From contig JAZLKX010000039.1 of assembly GCA_045597865.1 (NCBI GenBank), positions 1-64,000 of the forward strand: DNA of 64,000 nt. Direction: 5' to 3'. Position 1 is the first letter of the stretch. The number at the start of each line of letters is the position of its first letter. Of the stretch, positions 20,181-30,892 are shown in pieces. This stretch comes from Bacilli bacterium. Its GTDB lineage: Bacteria > Bacillota_I > Bacilli_A > RFN20 > CAG-826. The position numbers were made by a program, and so were the translations under genes. The notes beneath the pieces are model-generated. The model was not told where the DNA came from. It worked only from the letters and a program-made list of their open reading frames with translations, and did not search any database.

Positions 20181-21071
20181 TTAAATAATAAACCACAATG
20201 TCATGCCTAATCCAAAGGATAAGACATTTGCGGCTACTGTGTAAAGTAGAATTGGTAACTTTGAATCACTATCTTTTCTTTTACAAGTTTTCATAAAGAC
20301 AATTGATTCCACCAAAACTATTCCGAATTCTGCAAATATATAGAAAATTACAAGCCATGGATTTTTGCCATTAAAGAACGCAGTTAAGTTTAAAGCAACA
20401 TTTAAACCAACTTGTGTTACAGCATTTGTGATTGCAATAATAATAAATGACTTTTTAGTGAATTTAAACGCTAAAGCTAGTAATAACTCTATACCAAGCG
20501 TTATTGCTAATCTCAGGAAGAACTCCCCTATTTCTTTACCGTATTCATATTTAGCCTCAAGTTTAATTGGATTAGCTAATGGAATAGAACCTTCGGTGTA
20601 ATTCTTCATATCGAATTTAAAATACGAATGAAATGCATAGGTTTTAGTTTCTTCAGTCAAATAATATTTATTATTAGCTCTATTTAAAATTGTTAACACA
20701 AAATCATCTGGCCACCTATAACCACTCTTTAAAAGTATTTCTGAAGTATCATTAAATGACACGGCAATGTCACATAAATGCCATCCTTCTGGGAAAGTAA
20801 CGGTATTATAGATTAATCTTAAATCTTGAGGATTAGAAGAGCGATAGTAATCATCAGAAAGATTCGGATCATAAAATTGATAATTGAAATACCTATCATT
20901 ATTAATAGCCATAGCAACTATATAATCAGACTTCTCTAGATTAGTGATCCTTATTTGCATATCAGGCTTTGGACCTGTATCAGCATTAACTGTTGAAGGT
21001 TTAGAAGGCACTGCTAAAACAATGGCTAACAAGCCAAGAAATGAAATTAGAAATGCCAAAATCCTTTTCAT
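20181..21071 (-). CDS. membrane protein with a secreted N-terminal domain and 4 C-terminal TM helices
   Basis: signal peptide, ADTGPKP start of mature domain, C-terminal TM bundle (TNAVTQ, ANVLSF). Confidence 0.8.
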   Translation of the reverse strand: MKRILAFLISFLGLLAIVLAVPSKPSTVNADTGPKPDMQIRITNLEKSDYIVAMAINNDRYFNYQFYDPNLSDDYYRSSNPQDLRLIYNTVTFPEGWHLCDIAVSFNDTSEILLKSGYRWPDDFVLTILNRANNKYYLTEETKTYAFHSYFKFDMKNYTEGSIPLANPIKLEAKYEYGKEIGEFFLRLAITLGIELLLALAFKFTKKSFIIIAITNAVTQVGLNVALNLTAFFNGKNPWLVIFYIFAEFGIVLVESIVFMKTCKRKDSDSKLPILLYTVAANVLSFGLGMTLWFII

Positions 21072-21130
21072 TAAGAAAATTTTACATAAGATTGTAAAAA
21101 TTTTCCATTAATAAATAAAAAAACTAAATA

Positions 21131-21159
21131 TTGAAAATATGTAGTAAACTCCATATAAT
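21131..21159 (+). promoter_or_regulatory. sigma70-type promoter, probably producing a leaderless mRNA
   Basis: TTGAAA-N17-TATAAT with the ATG 7 nt downstream and no SD sequence. Confidence 0.7.
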
Positions 21160-21166
21160 ACTAAAT

Positions 21167-21619
21167 ATGTACGAAAATCAAATAGTAAAAATTTATCAAA
21201 AAGATAACCACTTGTTACAAGCGCTGTGTTCAGATGGTCTTTTTAGAGAGATTAATATTAATGATTTGATTGATTCATACGATATGTATAAGCCTTTAAA
21301 AGACAAAAACTTATTTAATAAAGCAAAATTAAAAGCTAATTTTATTATTGAATGGAATTATGACATTGATCTATTTGGAGATTATATTTTTGAAAACGGA
21401 AAAATAATTAAAAATATAGAATCCCCAACCATACCTTTAATCGGCTTTAAAATTAAGCAAGCAAGATTAGCAAAAGAAATGTCTCAAAAGAAGCTTGCTA
21501 AACTTTCTGGAATTGAACAATCGGAAATTTCGAGATTAGAAAAGGGGTTAATTAACCCCTCTATTGAATATTTAGAAAAAATCACTAATGTCCTAGGACT
21601 AAAAATCGAAATTATTTAG
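21167..21619 (+). CDS. DUF2442-like domain fused to an XRE HTH (orphan paralog of 60215-60685)
   Basis: LKDKNLFNKA...IEWNYDIDL, then RLAKEMSQKKLAKLSGIEQSEISRLEKG; the track start TTG 21131 is the -35 box. Confidence 0.8.
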   Translation: MYENQIVKIYQKDNHLLQALCSDGLFREININDLIDSYDMYKPLKDKNLFNKAKLKANFIIEWNYDIDLFGDYIFENGKIIKNIESPTIPLIGFKIKQARLAKEMSQKKLAKLSGIEQSEISRLEKGLINPSIEYLEKITNVLGLKIEII

Positions 21620-22781
21620 ATTCTAAGGATGATTTGATATCTGCAATAAATCTATCAAGAATCACTCTTGTAACGTTTTGCATTACAACAACGTGGCATA
21701 ATGGGCCATCATATTGTGGAATTCTTCCACCGGCTAAGGTGTATTTCTTTACAATCCAATCTGCTGGACGTTTAAGATAAACGGTATTGGAAAGTGGATT
21801 ACGCCATGCTGGATAACCAATAGCAGTTAACTTAGCATGTAAATATTCAGCGTTATCTAGGAACTCTTTAGCTTGTCTTCTAAGTTCTTCTTCACCAACG
21901 TGAGTCATAAGCCAATAGAATTTAAGAGGAGAAAGTGCGCTTCTAGAACAGCTAATCATAGCCATATTTGAGTTTAAATAATCAACTTTAAATGAAGTTT
22001 GTGCAGCATAAACATCTTTTCTTGTTAAGAATAAGCCGCATGGTTCATCAATACCAAAGAACTTATGTCCGCTGACAGCGATTGAGTCATATTTCATCTT
22101 TGTCATACTGACAAGGTCTTTACTATCAGTGAATGGTAAATAACCACCAAATAATGCAGCATCAACGTGTTTATAGACTGCAATTGGTTTAACTTCATCA
22201 AGAACTTTATTAATAGCAGTTAAATTATCAATACCGCCCATAAATGTTGTGCCTAAAGCACAAACAATAAGAGCTGGTCTAGATGGATCAAGTTTTTTTC
22301 TTAAATCTTCTGGATCCATTGAACCATGTTCATCAAAATCAATAAGACGGCATTCTAAGTTTTGAAGGTCTGCAAGTCTACGGTTAGAGTAATGTGCTTC
22401 ACTTGAAACGTAAACAATAGGCATCTTTCCAGTTTCAGATAATAATTTTTTAACACCGAAATACATACCGTGGTTATTACTATCTGTGCAGCTATTGGTG
22501 ATAAAACCCCAAACTTTATCTAGAGGAATACCATAGTAAGGAGCAAATATTTCAATTACTCTCTTTTCAATGCCTAAAGCAGAAAGCACGAAATAGTTCT
22601 CTTCATCAAATGGATCACCAACGTTATCCATCATGAAATCACATAGACCAGTTTTGGTGTACCAATCATAGAATCCAACAACGTTGGAGTTTTGATTAAC
22701 TGGGTAACCAATTGTGTCATCTAGCCTTAAATAAGTGTGTCTGGCAAGATTGACTAATTCTTCATCTTTTAAGTCTTTCAT
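21612..22781 (-). CDS. group II PLP-dependent decarboxylase (histidine/serine decarboxylase-like)
   Basis: GYPVNQ, NVGDPF, HYS, GTTFMGGID, HVDAALFG, SGHKF (PLP lysine). Confidence 0.88.
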   Translation of the reverse strand: MKDLKDEELVNLARHTYLRLDDTIGYPVNQNSNVVGFYDWYTKTGLCDFMMDNVGDPFDEENYFVLSALGIEKRVIEIFAPYYGIPLDKVWGFITNSCTDSNNHGMYFGVKKLLSETGKMPIVYVSSEAHYSNRRLADLQNLECRLIDFDEHGSMDPEDLRKKLDPSRPALIVCALGTTFMGGIDNLTAINKVLDEVKPIAVYKHVDAALFGGYLPFTDSKDLVSMTKMKYDSIAVSGHKFFGIDEPCGLFLTRKDVYAAQTSFKVDYLNSNMAMISCSRSALSPLKFYWLMTHVGEEELRRQAKEFLDNAEYLHAKLTAIGYPAWRNPLSNTVYLKRPADWIVKKYTLAGGRIPQYDGPLCHVVVMQNVTRVILDRFIADIKSSLESK

Positions 22782-22815
22782 AAATTTCTCCTTTTAATAA
22801 AATTATTTATGCTTC

Positions 22816-25554
22816 CTAATTCAATATAACTTTATTTGAAATGTAACAATGATAGCCCATTTCTTCACAATAAGACTTAATCTTATTATCTATAGTTTCG
22901 CTTACTTCGTATTCAAGTAAGACAACGTATAAATCAAATGTTTCAACAACTGCTTCAAGATCGGTTTTAAGTGTTGACTCTACTGAGCTAGATTGAGCGA
23001 CAAAAGTATTTGTAGCTTTGTCTTCAACTCTAGTGAAGACTTCTTCTTGAACATAGTAATCAACATAATATGGAGGCCAATTATCACTTCCATCCCAATT
23101 AAAATGCCACATCAAGTTATCACATGATTGCATCATTAATTCTACATCGTCATTATTAAGGACCTTCTTCATTATGTAGCCGATGCCTTGACGTACAGCT
23201 TTATAATAATCGTCATATTCTTCATAGACCCTAACACCGTCTAAATAAACACCGTCAACACCCTTATCGAATAATCCTTGAATTAAAGTGTCTCTGACAT
23301 AGGTTTGCCATGATGTTTCTTTAACATCAACCCAATAATAACTAGGATCATCTTCACATGGTTTGAGGGTTATATCTTTAAATTCATTATAATGAGAATC
23401 TAATTTTGAAATGCGACCTGCATCTACATAACCAAAAACCTTAGTTCCTGTCTCTTGAAGTGTTTCGATCTGTTCTTTGCTGTAATAGTCACAATTTATA
23501 ACTGAAATGTTGTATTTATCTAAGTTTGTTAAGCTTCCGTCTGTTCTGTCTTGGAAGAAACCAATATCTGCAATATCAACATGGTAATTTACTTCGCCAC
23601 CGAACTCTTCAAATTTGCCAAGATAAGTGGCTGGAGTCCAGTAATAAATGTCAATTGGATTAAGGTATCCGTATTGTTTATATTCAAGACCATATTTAAA
23701 GTTTTTATCAAATTCAGTATCAAGAATATAACCGGTACAATCTGCTGCATGGTCTCCCCATTTTACAGTATAGAAATCCATTGAAAGTTCTTTAATAGGT
23801 AAACCAAATACATCTGGAAGTAAAGTAAGATGGCCTTTTGGCAAATAATCAGCTTCAGCATAATCTAATGTTATATTTGCGTCTATATAATCAGTAGTTG
23901 CAGTATAAGAAATACCTTCATAGACAAAATTACCAATATCATAAGTGCCAGCTTTAGTTTCAGAGCCAATATGTTGACCCGGAATGTTAACAACGGTGTT
24001 TCCGACATTAGAGAACGTTAATGTGGTATATTCTTCAGTAACACGCTTTATATCAGTGTGATCAATATGAGTATGAATATCTATGACAAAAGTATTGTCC
24101 ACAAATTCAAACGTTGTAAAGTAGTCATTATAGTTGACATATAGGAAAGACTCGAAACCATTGCTGTCAGTTCTTCTTAAATGGTTAAAAATCTCAATTG
24201 CATAATAATTCGAGAATGTTTCAGCAAAAGCAAAGGCAGGAGTTTTTTCAAAAAATTCAATAGAATTTTCGCTGTCAATAACCTTAGAGAAAGCATAATC
24301 CCCTACTATTTTTGTATAAATTGTTTCAATTGTAATTGGATCACTCCAAACTTGGCTTTCCTTTTTATAAGTTTTATCGCCATCAGCGCCAAAGACAGTT
24401 ATTGAACTTAAATCATCTTCGCTATCAATATATTCGCCTTCATCTTTTTTGCCTGAATAATAGAAGAAACGACTACCTGATTGGCAAGATAAAGTATAGT
24501 TTCCACCATAGATGGCTTCTTTAAAGTCATCAAATGTAGTTGATTCGTTTAAAGCGAATGCAGTTTTATTTGGATCAACCTCAATTGGTTCTTTAGCAGG
24601 AGTAATTTCTAGTTTCGCTGTTAATGTTTTAGTGTTGTAACCAGTTTTTGAAACTGTTGCTGTTACTGTGTAGGTACCAACTTCAGTTTTCCCATTGCCA
24701 TTATAAGCAACTCTTGCACCACTAGGAACATTTTGAACTGTTAATGAATGAGATTTGCCATCGTATTCAAAAGTTTTGTCTTCAAACACTAAACCTTCAA
24801 AGTCTATAGGATTAATAGTTAAAGTAGCTTCAAGTGTTAAATTGTTATAACCAGCTTTTCTAACTTCTGCTGTTACTTTGTAAGTACCAACGTTTCTTTG
24901 TGAATTATTAGTGTAAGTTACATCTGCACCCTCTGGAGCACCACTAACCTCCAATGAGTGAGGTTTACCATCATAATCAAATGATTTATCTTCAAAAGTA
25001 ATGCCGACAAAGTCTAAACCTATAATTGTTAACTTAGCGGTTAAAGTTTTTTCATTATAACCATGTTTTGTAAGTACTGCTGTTACATCATAATCACCAA
25101 CATCTATTTTGGAATTATTAGTGAATTGTACATTCGTACCTTCTGGAGCACCAATTACCTCTAAGGAATGAACTTCGCCATCATAATCAAAACTCTTAGA
25201 TTCTAAAGTAACACCTTCAAAATCAATACCGTTAATTGTTAACTGAGCGGTTAAAACCTTGGTATTATAATTTTCTTTAGAAACTGTAGCTTTAACTGTA
25301 TAAACACCAACATCAGTCTTATTATTGTTTGAATATTTGACTGTTGCGCCTTCTGGAACGTTGCTAACTGAAAGAGAATGAGCTTTACCATCGTATTGAA
25401 ATTCTTTATTTTCAAAAACTAGATTTTCAAAATCTTTCTTATCTACAACTGGAGTCGGATCATCACCGCCTCCACCAGGCACACTTTCACAGCCTGTTAA
25501 GCCAATAGAAAAAGCTGCAAAACAAGTTAAGATTATTTTTCTAAAATTTTTCAT
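22816..25554 (-). CDS. surface lipoprotein with four ~70-aa MBG/Ig-like repeats and a C-terminal GH114-like (endo-alpha-1,4-polygalactosaminidase-like) domain
   Basis: lipobox LTGC; four YDGK.HSL repeats; C-terminal GYVDAG, WVDV...WQ, KGVDGVYLD, QEEVF. Confidence 0.78.
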   Translation of the reverse strand: MKNFRKIILTCFAAFSIGLTGCESVPGGGGDDPTPVVDKKDFENLVFENKEFQYDGKAHSLSVSNVPEGATVKYSNNNKTDVGVYTVKATVSKENYNTKVLTAQLTINGIDFEGVTLESKSFDYDGEVHSLEVIGAPEGTNVQFTNNSKIDVGDYDVTAVLTKHGYNEKTLTAKLTIIGLDFVGITFEDKSFDYDGKPHSLEVSGAPEGADVTYTNNSQRNVGTYKVTAEVRKAGYNNLTLEATLTINPIDFEGLVFEDKTFEYDGKSHSLTVQNVPSGARVAYNGNGKTEVGTYTVTATVSKTGYNTKTLTAKLEITPAKEPIEVDPNKTAFALNESTTFDDFKEAIYGGNYTLSCQSGSRFFYYSGKKDEGEYIDSEDDLSSITVFGADGDKTYKKESQVWSDPITIETIYTKIVGDYAFSKVIDSENSIEFFEKTPAFAFAETFSNYYAIEIFNHLRRTDSNGFESFLYVNYNDYFTTFEFVDNTFVIDIHTHIDHTDIKRVTEEYTTLTFSNVGNTVVNIPGQHIGSETKAGTYDIGNFVYEGISYTATTDYIDANITLDYAEADYLPKGHLTLLPDVFGLPIKELSMDFYTVKWGDHAADCTGYILDTEFDKNFKYGLEYKQYGYLNPIDIYYWTPATYLGKFEEFGGEVNYHVDIADIGFFQDRTDGSLTNLDKYNISVINCDYYSKEQIETLQETGTKVFGYVDAGRISKLDSHYNEFKDITLKPCEDDPSYYWVDVKETSWQTYVRDTLIQGLFDKGVDGVYLDGVRVYEEYDDYYKAVRQGIGYIMKKVLNNDDVELMMQSCDNLMWHFNWDGSDNWPPYYVDYYVQEEVFTRVEDKATNTFVAQSSSVESTLKTDLEAVVETFDLYVVLLEYEVSETIDNKIKSYCEEMGYHCYISNKVILN

Positions 25555-25669
25555 ATGTAAATATTATCACATCTTACTATGTAATTAAAATAATTAGATT
25601 TGAAATTATTCATTAATGTAAAAAAACTAAAATTAACATTCAAGAAAATTGTTAGATTGTGTTAGATTG

Positions 25670-26353
25670 CTATCTTTTCAAAGATCTTAAATATTGCTTT
25701 TGCTCTTCACTAATGCGATAGCTTTCAATTGCTTTTTGAATTGTCTTATTGTGAGTCCAAGTATCTAGTGAATTGTTAACTATGTATGGTATTGTTGCGT
25801 CCCATTGCTTTGCTAACGCTGTTGCAAAGAACCACGCTACCATCATATTGAGATAGTATTCATTCGATCTTACGCTTGAAACAAGTTTTAAATATGGTTC
25901 TTTGAAATCATCATCTAAATAAAAACTCATTAACATTTCAATTCCAAATCTACAGGTATAAATTTCTTTTGATTTAATCCATATTTTAATACTTTCAAGA
26001 AGTTTGGTTTTATTCTTTTTTAATGCTTTAGGAGACATAATGTCACATACAGCCCAGTTATCAACGTATGGGAGGAATCTATTAAGTTCAAAAATGATTT
26101 GATCAAAATCTTTCATCTCTGAAATAAGCAAAGCATGAAGCATGTTCTCATCATAATATTTATGTGGAAGTTCATTTAAAAATGACTTTGATTCTTCTCT
26201 TTTAGAATATTCTTTTGCAAACTGCCTTAAAACTGGCACTCTCACCCCTAAAAACAAACTAGGATCAATACCTGGCGTTAATTTGCTCTGAAATGCAGCA
26301 TATTGTGCATCACTTATTTTTACTAATTCTTTTTGCAAACTGTTCATACGCAT
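25670..26353 (-). CDS. DNA alkylation repair protein (AlkD-like)
   Basis: GVRVPVLR, VDNWAVCD, YYLNMMVAW, THNKTIQKAIES; TAATG stop/start overlap with the upstream ATPase. Confidence 0.9.
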   Translation of the reverse strand: MRMNSLQKELVKISDAQYAAFQSKLTPGIDPSLFLGVRVPVLRQFAKEYSKREESKSFLNELPHKYYDENMLHALLISEMKDFDQIIFELNRFLPYVDNWAVCDIMSPKALKKNKTKLLESIKIWIKSKEIYTCRFGIEMLMSFYLDDDFKEPYLKLVSSVRSNEYYLNMMVAWFFATALAKQWDATIPYIVNNSLDTWTHNKTIQKAIESYRISEEQKQYLRSLKR

Positions 26354-27726
26354 TAATACAAATCTTTTCCTTCAAATTTATAATCGATATGAGGAATGTT
26401 GTCCTCGTAACCGTTTATCGAAATAAAACCTATTTTATCTACTTTAAAATCTTTAATTTCTTTTATTTGAGAAATCTCTTTAAAAACAATATCTTTCGAA
26501 AGCTTATCTTTTAGATATTTAGCGTCTATTACATCAAAACAATTCTTTTTCTTAATAACTATATCAAATTCACCATTTGTCTTGGTTATTGGATCATCAT
26601 AGTAATAACTTCCCACCATAATAGCATCCTTAATTTCACCATTTCTAACTTTGTTTGATATGAAGTTATGACCAATTGATTCGAATCTATATGAAATAAA
26701 TGTTTTTAGTGATGGCTCAATAAATTCATCATAGAAAGCATTTAAATTCATATCTAACATGTTTGACTTATTTTTTGCAATGTAAGTATAGAAAAACCTC
26801 AATACATTATCATTAATCTCATATCTACCATTCTTTTCGTTTGGTTTTTTGTTGATTGGCACTCTTTTATTTAGTAAATCCATTTGAAGCAATGGCTTAA
26901 TAATCTTAGAAAGATTTCCGGTTTTCTTAGGATCAATAAATGTTTCTAAATCAGAATAGGTCTTTTTTGAATTTCCTATTACATTCAAAAGCCTATTTAC
27001 TTGATATTCATTGGAATAGTCTGACAATAAGAAGTTATCAGCATAAATAAAGACATGTGATTTAAAATCCAAATAAAGGTTAATAATGTTTTCTTTTAAT
27101 GATTTATCTGGGTCAATGAATGACAATACGTATGGAGATCCTCCAAATACAGCGTAAAAGCCAACTTTCTCATATGGCGTCTTTTTAGAGTAAAACTCAC
27201 TCGCTTCTAAATAATTTAGTTCTTTAAGATTGATTACTAAAGTAAATCTTCCAAATAAAGCATTATTTTCTTCAAGTAGTGATTTCATAACGCCTATATG
27301 TGAACCAGATAAGAAAAGATTAATATTTGAGAGATAATTATCAACAATAGACTGGAAGGTTGAATCCACTACTTTTCCATTATCGCCTTCTTTTAAATAT
27401 GAATATTCATCAATAATAACCACAAAATGTTGATTTAAGCTATTTAAATATTCAAATACACCAATAAAAGTTTTGTTTTCTAATCTTAAAGATTTATCTA
27501 ATAAGCCTAAAGATTTAAGTTTTAAAGTAAATAATTCAACATTATCTTCTAAAGTTGATTTAATACATTCAAAATAAATAATTATTTTATCAGTAAAGTC
27601 TTCACACGCCTTTCTAATTAAAGTAGTTTTTCCTACTTTTCTTTTGCCATACACTAAAATTGCAGAACTTTGTTTGTTCAGCTCATTTTTTATTAATTCT
27701 AGTTCGCTTTTTCTTCCAATAAACAT
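26353..27726 (-). CDS. archaeal-type AAA+ ATPase (ATPase_2) with winged helix and C-terminal DUF234/PD-(D/E)XK domain
   Basis: MFIGRKSEL, YGKRKVGKT, IIDE, GGSPY, EFDIV...DAK. Confidence 0.9.
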   Translation of the reverse strand: MFIGRKSELELIKNELNKQSSAILVYGKRKVGKTTLIRKACEDFTDKIIIYFECIKSTLEDNVELFTLKLKSLGLLDKSLRLENKTFIGVFEYLNSLNQHFVVIIDEYSYLKEGDNGKVVDSTFQSIVDNYLSNINLFLSGSHIGVMKSLLEENNALFGRFTLVINLKELNYLEASEFYSKKTPYEKVGFYAVFGGSPYVLSFIDPDKSLKENIINLYLDFKSHVFIYADNFLLSDYSNEYQVNRLLNVIGNSKKTYSDLETFIDPKKTGNLSKIIKPLLQMDLLNKRVPINKKPNEKNGRYEINDNVLRFFYTYIAKNKSNMLDMNLNAFYDEFIEPSLKTFISYRFESIGHNFISNKVRNGEIKDAIMVGSYYYDDPITKTNGEFDIVIKKKNCFDVIDAKYLKDKLSKDIVFKEISQIKEIKDFKVDKIGFISINGYEDNIPHIDYKFEGKDLY

Positions 27727-27738
27727 AGTTTAATCCCT

Positions 27739-27797
27739 ACTGAATTTATTTTCACTGAATTATTTTTCAGTAATATTATAACATAGTTATTTTCAGT
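27739..27797. promoter_or_regulatory. ATPase promoter/operator with ACTGAA/TTCAGT boxes
   Basis: repeated ACTGAA-N6/7-TTCA(G/C)T boxes next to a minus-strand TGTTATAAT; a 29-bp part recurs at 37975-38003. Confidence 0.55.
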
Positions 27798-27868
27798 TAC
27801 CATAAAAATTGCAAAAAAAGAAATCCTTTAAATAATTAAACGTATCGAGTGCGACACGGTTAAAATTT

Positions 27869-28468
27869 TTAACTGTTAATTTTTTTATAAATCGGCATTC
27901 TACTCCACACAAAGATTGCTAATTGAGGAGGAATACCAACAACGAATAAATACCAAAGGTTTAAATTATTCACCATTAATACAGTTAAGTATGAAGCAGC
28001 TATGCCAGTCCACACTAATAAACTTATGAATAAAAATAGGTAATGACTTCTATTAAACCATATTGATGTAAAAATAATTCCAATTATTGAGCAAAGTACT
28101 ACTCCCCAAACAAATGATAACCATGAAACGTTAAAAAAGTTAGGGAAAGCAACGAAACAAACAACAGAAGCAAAAAGGGCTCCTAACATTGCTAGACCAA
28201 TAATAATCAGTTTTAAACGTCTGCCATCATCTTCATTTGATAACATTTCAACTTTATTATGTTTCTCAAAAAAGTAATCCATTGAAACACCAAAAAATGA
28301 TGCAAGTTCTTTTAAAGTATCGCAAGTTGGTAAGGATGTACCGTTTTCCCATTTAGAAATATTACGATCACTGTAGTTGAGCTTCTCTGATAACTCTAAT
28401 TGGGTAAGTTTTTTTGATTTTCTTAATTTTATTAAGTTTTCTGCAAATATCTGATTTAAATTTTCCAT
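27869..28468 (-). CDS. XRE-family HTH regulator with C-terminal TM helices
   Basis: LRKSKKLTQLELSEKLNYSDRNISKWENG followed by 4 TM helices; divergent from the DegV gene. Confidence 0.9.
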   Translation of the reverse strand: MENLNQIFAENLIKLRKSKKLTQLELSEKLNYSDRNISKWENGTSLPTCDTLKELASFFGVSMDYFFEKHNKVEMLSNEDDGRRLKLIIIGLAMLGALFASVVCFVAFPNFFNVSWLSFVWGVVLCSIIGIIFTSIWFNRSHYLFLFISLLVWTGIAASYLTVLMVNNLNLWYLFVVGIPPQLAIFVWSRMPIYKKINS

Positions 28469-28605
28469 GATAAATATATTACTCTACTCTGAGTGGAGTT
28501 GTAAATTGTTTCTCTACTAACTTGTGTTTCACAGTGTAGTGACTATTTTTTAATTAACCCTTAAATTAATAATTGTTTCCTATGTTGATAAAAAAGGAGA
28601 TTGGT

Positions 28606-29460
28606 ATGAACAAAGTTAAGATTATTGTTGATTCCACTGTGGATCTAACAAAAGAAATTTATGAAAAGTATGACATTGAAGTATTACCGCTTAATGTCTC
28701 TTTTGAAGAAGAAACATACCAAGATGGTGTTAATCTAGACATCACCACCTTATTTAAGAAAGTTGAAGAAACAGGTAAACTTCCACATACCAGTGCATGT
28801 TCGCCAGAATTAATACGTGCAACATTTAAAAAGTACATTGATATGGGTATGGATATTATATTTCTTGGTTTATCAAGCACAATGTCCAGCAACTTCCAAA
28901 ACGCTTTTATTGCAAAAGCAAGTTTTAAAGATGACAGAATTTATTTAATTGATTCAAAAAGTTTATCTACTGGCACTGGATTACTTGTTTTAAAGGCTGC
29001 AAAGCTTGTTGAAGCAGGTAAATGTGCAAAAGAAATAGCTGAGGAACTTGAAAAAACTGTTCCAAATGTTGTAGCTCAATTTACTATTGAACAGCTTGAA
29101 TACCTACATAAAGGTGGAAGATGCTCTGGTGCATCTAAAATATTCGGTCATATTTTCCATATCCGCCCATATATTAAAGTAAAAGATGGCGAGATGTATG
29201 TATATAAAAAGCCTAGAGGGCCTATGAAAATTGCAGTTAATGAGCAACTCCAAGACATAAAAGAGGCTTTACCGAACGTTGATCAATCTGCTGTTATTAT
29301 TACACATTCATTAGTAAGTGATGAATTACTTGAATACACAAAAACTGAGCTAGCAAAAATTGTAGATCCAAAATCAATAATTGTTACTACTTCAGGATGC
29401 GTTATCTCTTCACACTGTGGAAAAGGTTGTATCGGAATACTTTATTTAACAAATAACTGA
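28606..29460 (+). CDS. DegV family fatty-acid-binding protein (FakB-like)
   Basis: IIVDSTVDL, PHTSACS, IDSKSLS, LEYLHKGGR, SSHCG; start behind AAGGAG. Confidence 0.93.
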   Translation: MNKVKIIVDSTVDLTKEIYEKYDIEVLPLNVSFEEETYQDGVNLDITTLFKKVEETGKLPHTSACSPELIRATFKKYIDMGMDIIFLGLSSTMSSNFQNAFIAKASFKDDRIYLIDSKSLSTGTGLLVLKAAKLVEAGKCAKEIAEELEKTVPNVVAQFTIEQLEYLHKGGRCSGASKIFGHIFHIRPYIKVKDGEMYVYKKPRGPMKIAVNEQLQDIKEALPNVDQSAVIITHSLVSDELLEYTKTELAKIVDPKSIIVTTSGCVISSHCGKGCIGILYLTNN

Positions 29461-29468
29461 GTATTATT

Positions 29469-30779
29469 TTATTCTTTTACTGAGTCCAATCTGTTTGAAT
29501 CAAAAACAGTAAAATTTCCTAAATCTGTCTCATGATTTAAGCTTGAATACTTTTGCAAATAATCATGGTATTCATTTTGAAGATTTTCGTAATTAGAAAT
29601 GATGTCTTTAGACTCATCGACAGTACTTGCGAGTATTTCATCATAGTTATTAATGAATGTATCAATTACTAAAGCATCAAGTTTATGTGCTTGTTTTTCA
29701 TCGTTTAATATCTTTACCACTATTTCTTTATCTAAAGCGTTTTTGTAGCTGCGTCTATAGATTAAAGCACTTGCAACATCTGCAACTTGGATAATTCTTT
29801 CGGATAAAGTTAAATCTTCTTCATTTAAATGATTAGGATAACCACTACCATCAAGTCTTTCGTGATGACGGTATGCTAGTAATACAATGTGTTCAGGGAA
29901 AAGATCTGCAATGATTCGACGTGTACGTTCTGGATGAAGTTTAATAATTTCATACTCAGCTTCTGTTAGTTTCGCTGGTTTTTCAAGTATCTCAGTTGGA
30001 ACGTAAATTTTACCTAAATCATGGAGTTTAGACGCAATATATAGGTCCTGAAGCTCATTTTCAGATAAACCTAGCTTACGACCAATAAACTTAGCAATGT
30101 AAGCCATTGTTAAGGTGTGAATAACTGTTTGCTCGCTTTTAAAATCGACCTCATATGCAAGCATATCAATAATTGGAAGCAATAATCTTTCATCTCTATT
30201 GTGGTCATCAAAGTAACTTCTCACTACTTCTTTATAAGAACCATCATTTAAAGCATCAATAAGATGCATATCTTCATTAAATCTTATAAAGTCATCAACA
30301 TCATCTGGATTAAATATGGTTCCTTTATTATTAATGAGTTGCTTAATTAGCTTGTCCTTAGGTGATCCTGTTACGTTTAAAACATCGATTCTATCTAGTA
30401 AGTGAATTAATACTCCATCATTAAAATATGGAGAATCGATGTTTTCTTTATAATAGGTATGATGATATAAAAGAACTTCACTCTCGCTTTTAAGCGGAGA
30501 GAAGTATTTCATGAATAAATAGCCATAGATACAGTGTTCTAAGGTATTTTCAGCATCGAATTTAAGTAGGTTTAGAAATTTATCAGTTTTGTACGCTCCA
30601 ATGTCATGAGCAAAACAAGTTAATACTAAATTCTCTAGTTTAATATCATCTTTTCTATTGCGCCCTTTAGCCATCATTATCTCTAAAAAGGCTACACGTT
30701 CACCATGTTCAACAACTTGTTCATTAAGCTCGCTTAAAATACGCTTAAGTAATAAGTAAATTGAAATCTTTGAATCCAT
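29469..30779 (-). CDS. HD-GYP domain protein (tandem HD domains; c-di-GMP phosphodiesterase-like)
   Basis: N-terminal HDIG; C-terminal LHDLGK, HHERLDGSGYP, ADV. Confidence 0.9.
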   Translation of the reverse strand: MDSKISIYLLLKRILSELNEQVVEHGERVAFLEIMMAKGRNRKDDIKLENLVLTCFAHDIGAYKTDKFLNLLKFDAENTLEHCIYGYLFMKYFSPLKSESEVLLYHHTYYKENIDSPYFNDGVLIHLLDRIDVLNVTGSPKDKLIKQLINNKGTIFNPDDVDDFIRFNEDMHLIDALNDGSYKEVVRSYFDDHNRDERLLLPIIDMLAYEVDFKSEQTVIHTLTMAYIAKFIGRKLGLSENELQDLYIASKLHDLGKIYVPTEILEKPAKLTEAEYEIIKLHPERTRRIIADLFPEHIVLLAYRHHERLDGSGYPNHLNEEDLTLSERIIQVADVASALIYRRSYKNALDKEIVVKILNDEKQAHKLDALVIDTFINNYDEILASTVDESKDIISNYENLQNEYHDYLQKYSSLNHETDLGNFTVFDSNRLDSVKE

Positions 30780-30892
30780 AACCTCAATTATATCAAAAAG
30801 AAGTTTTAAACAAACATTTATTAATTATTTTATATGAAAAAACCCACCACTTTAAATATGATGGGTTTGAATAATAGATTTAAATTCTATTT

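Noticed and set aside
20549-20560. Possible TnpB self-target ATTTAG-CCTCAA; also AACCTCAATTA at 30780
   Set aside because: Only 6-9 nt of guide match, and neither site has the predicted TTAT TAM; compatible with chance
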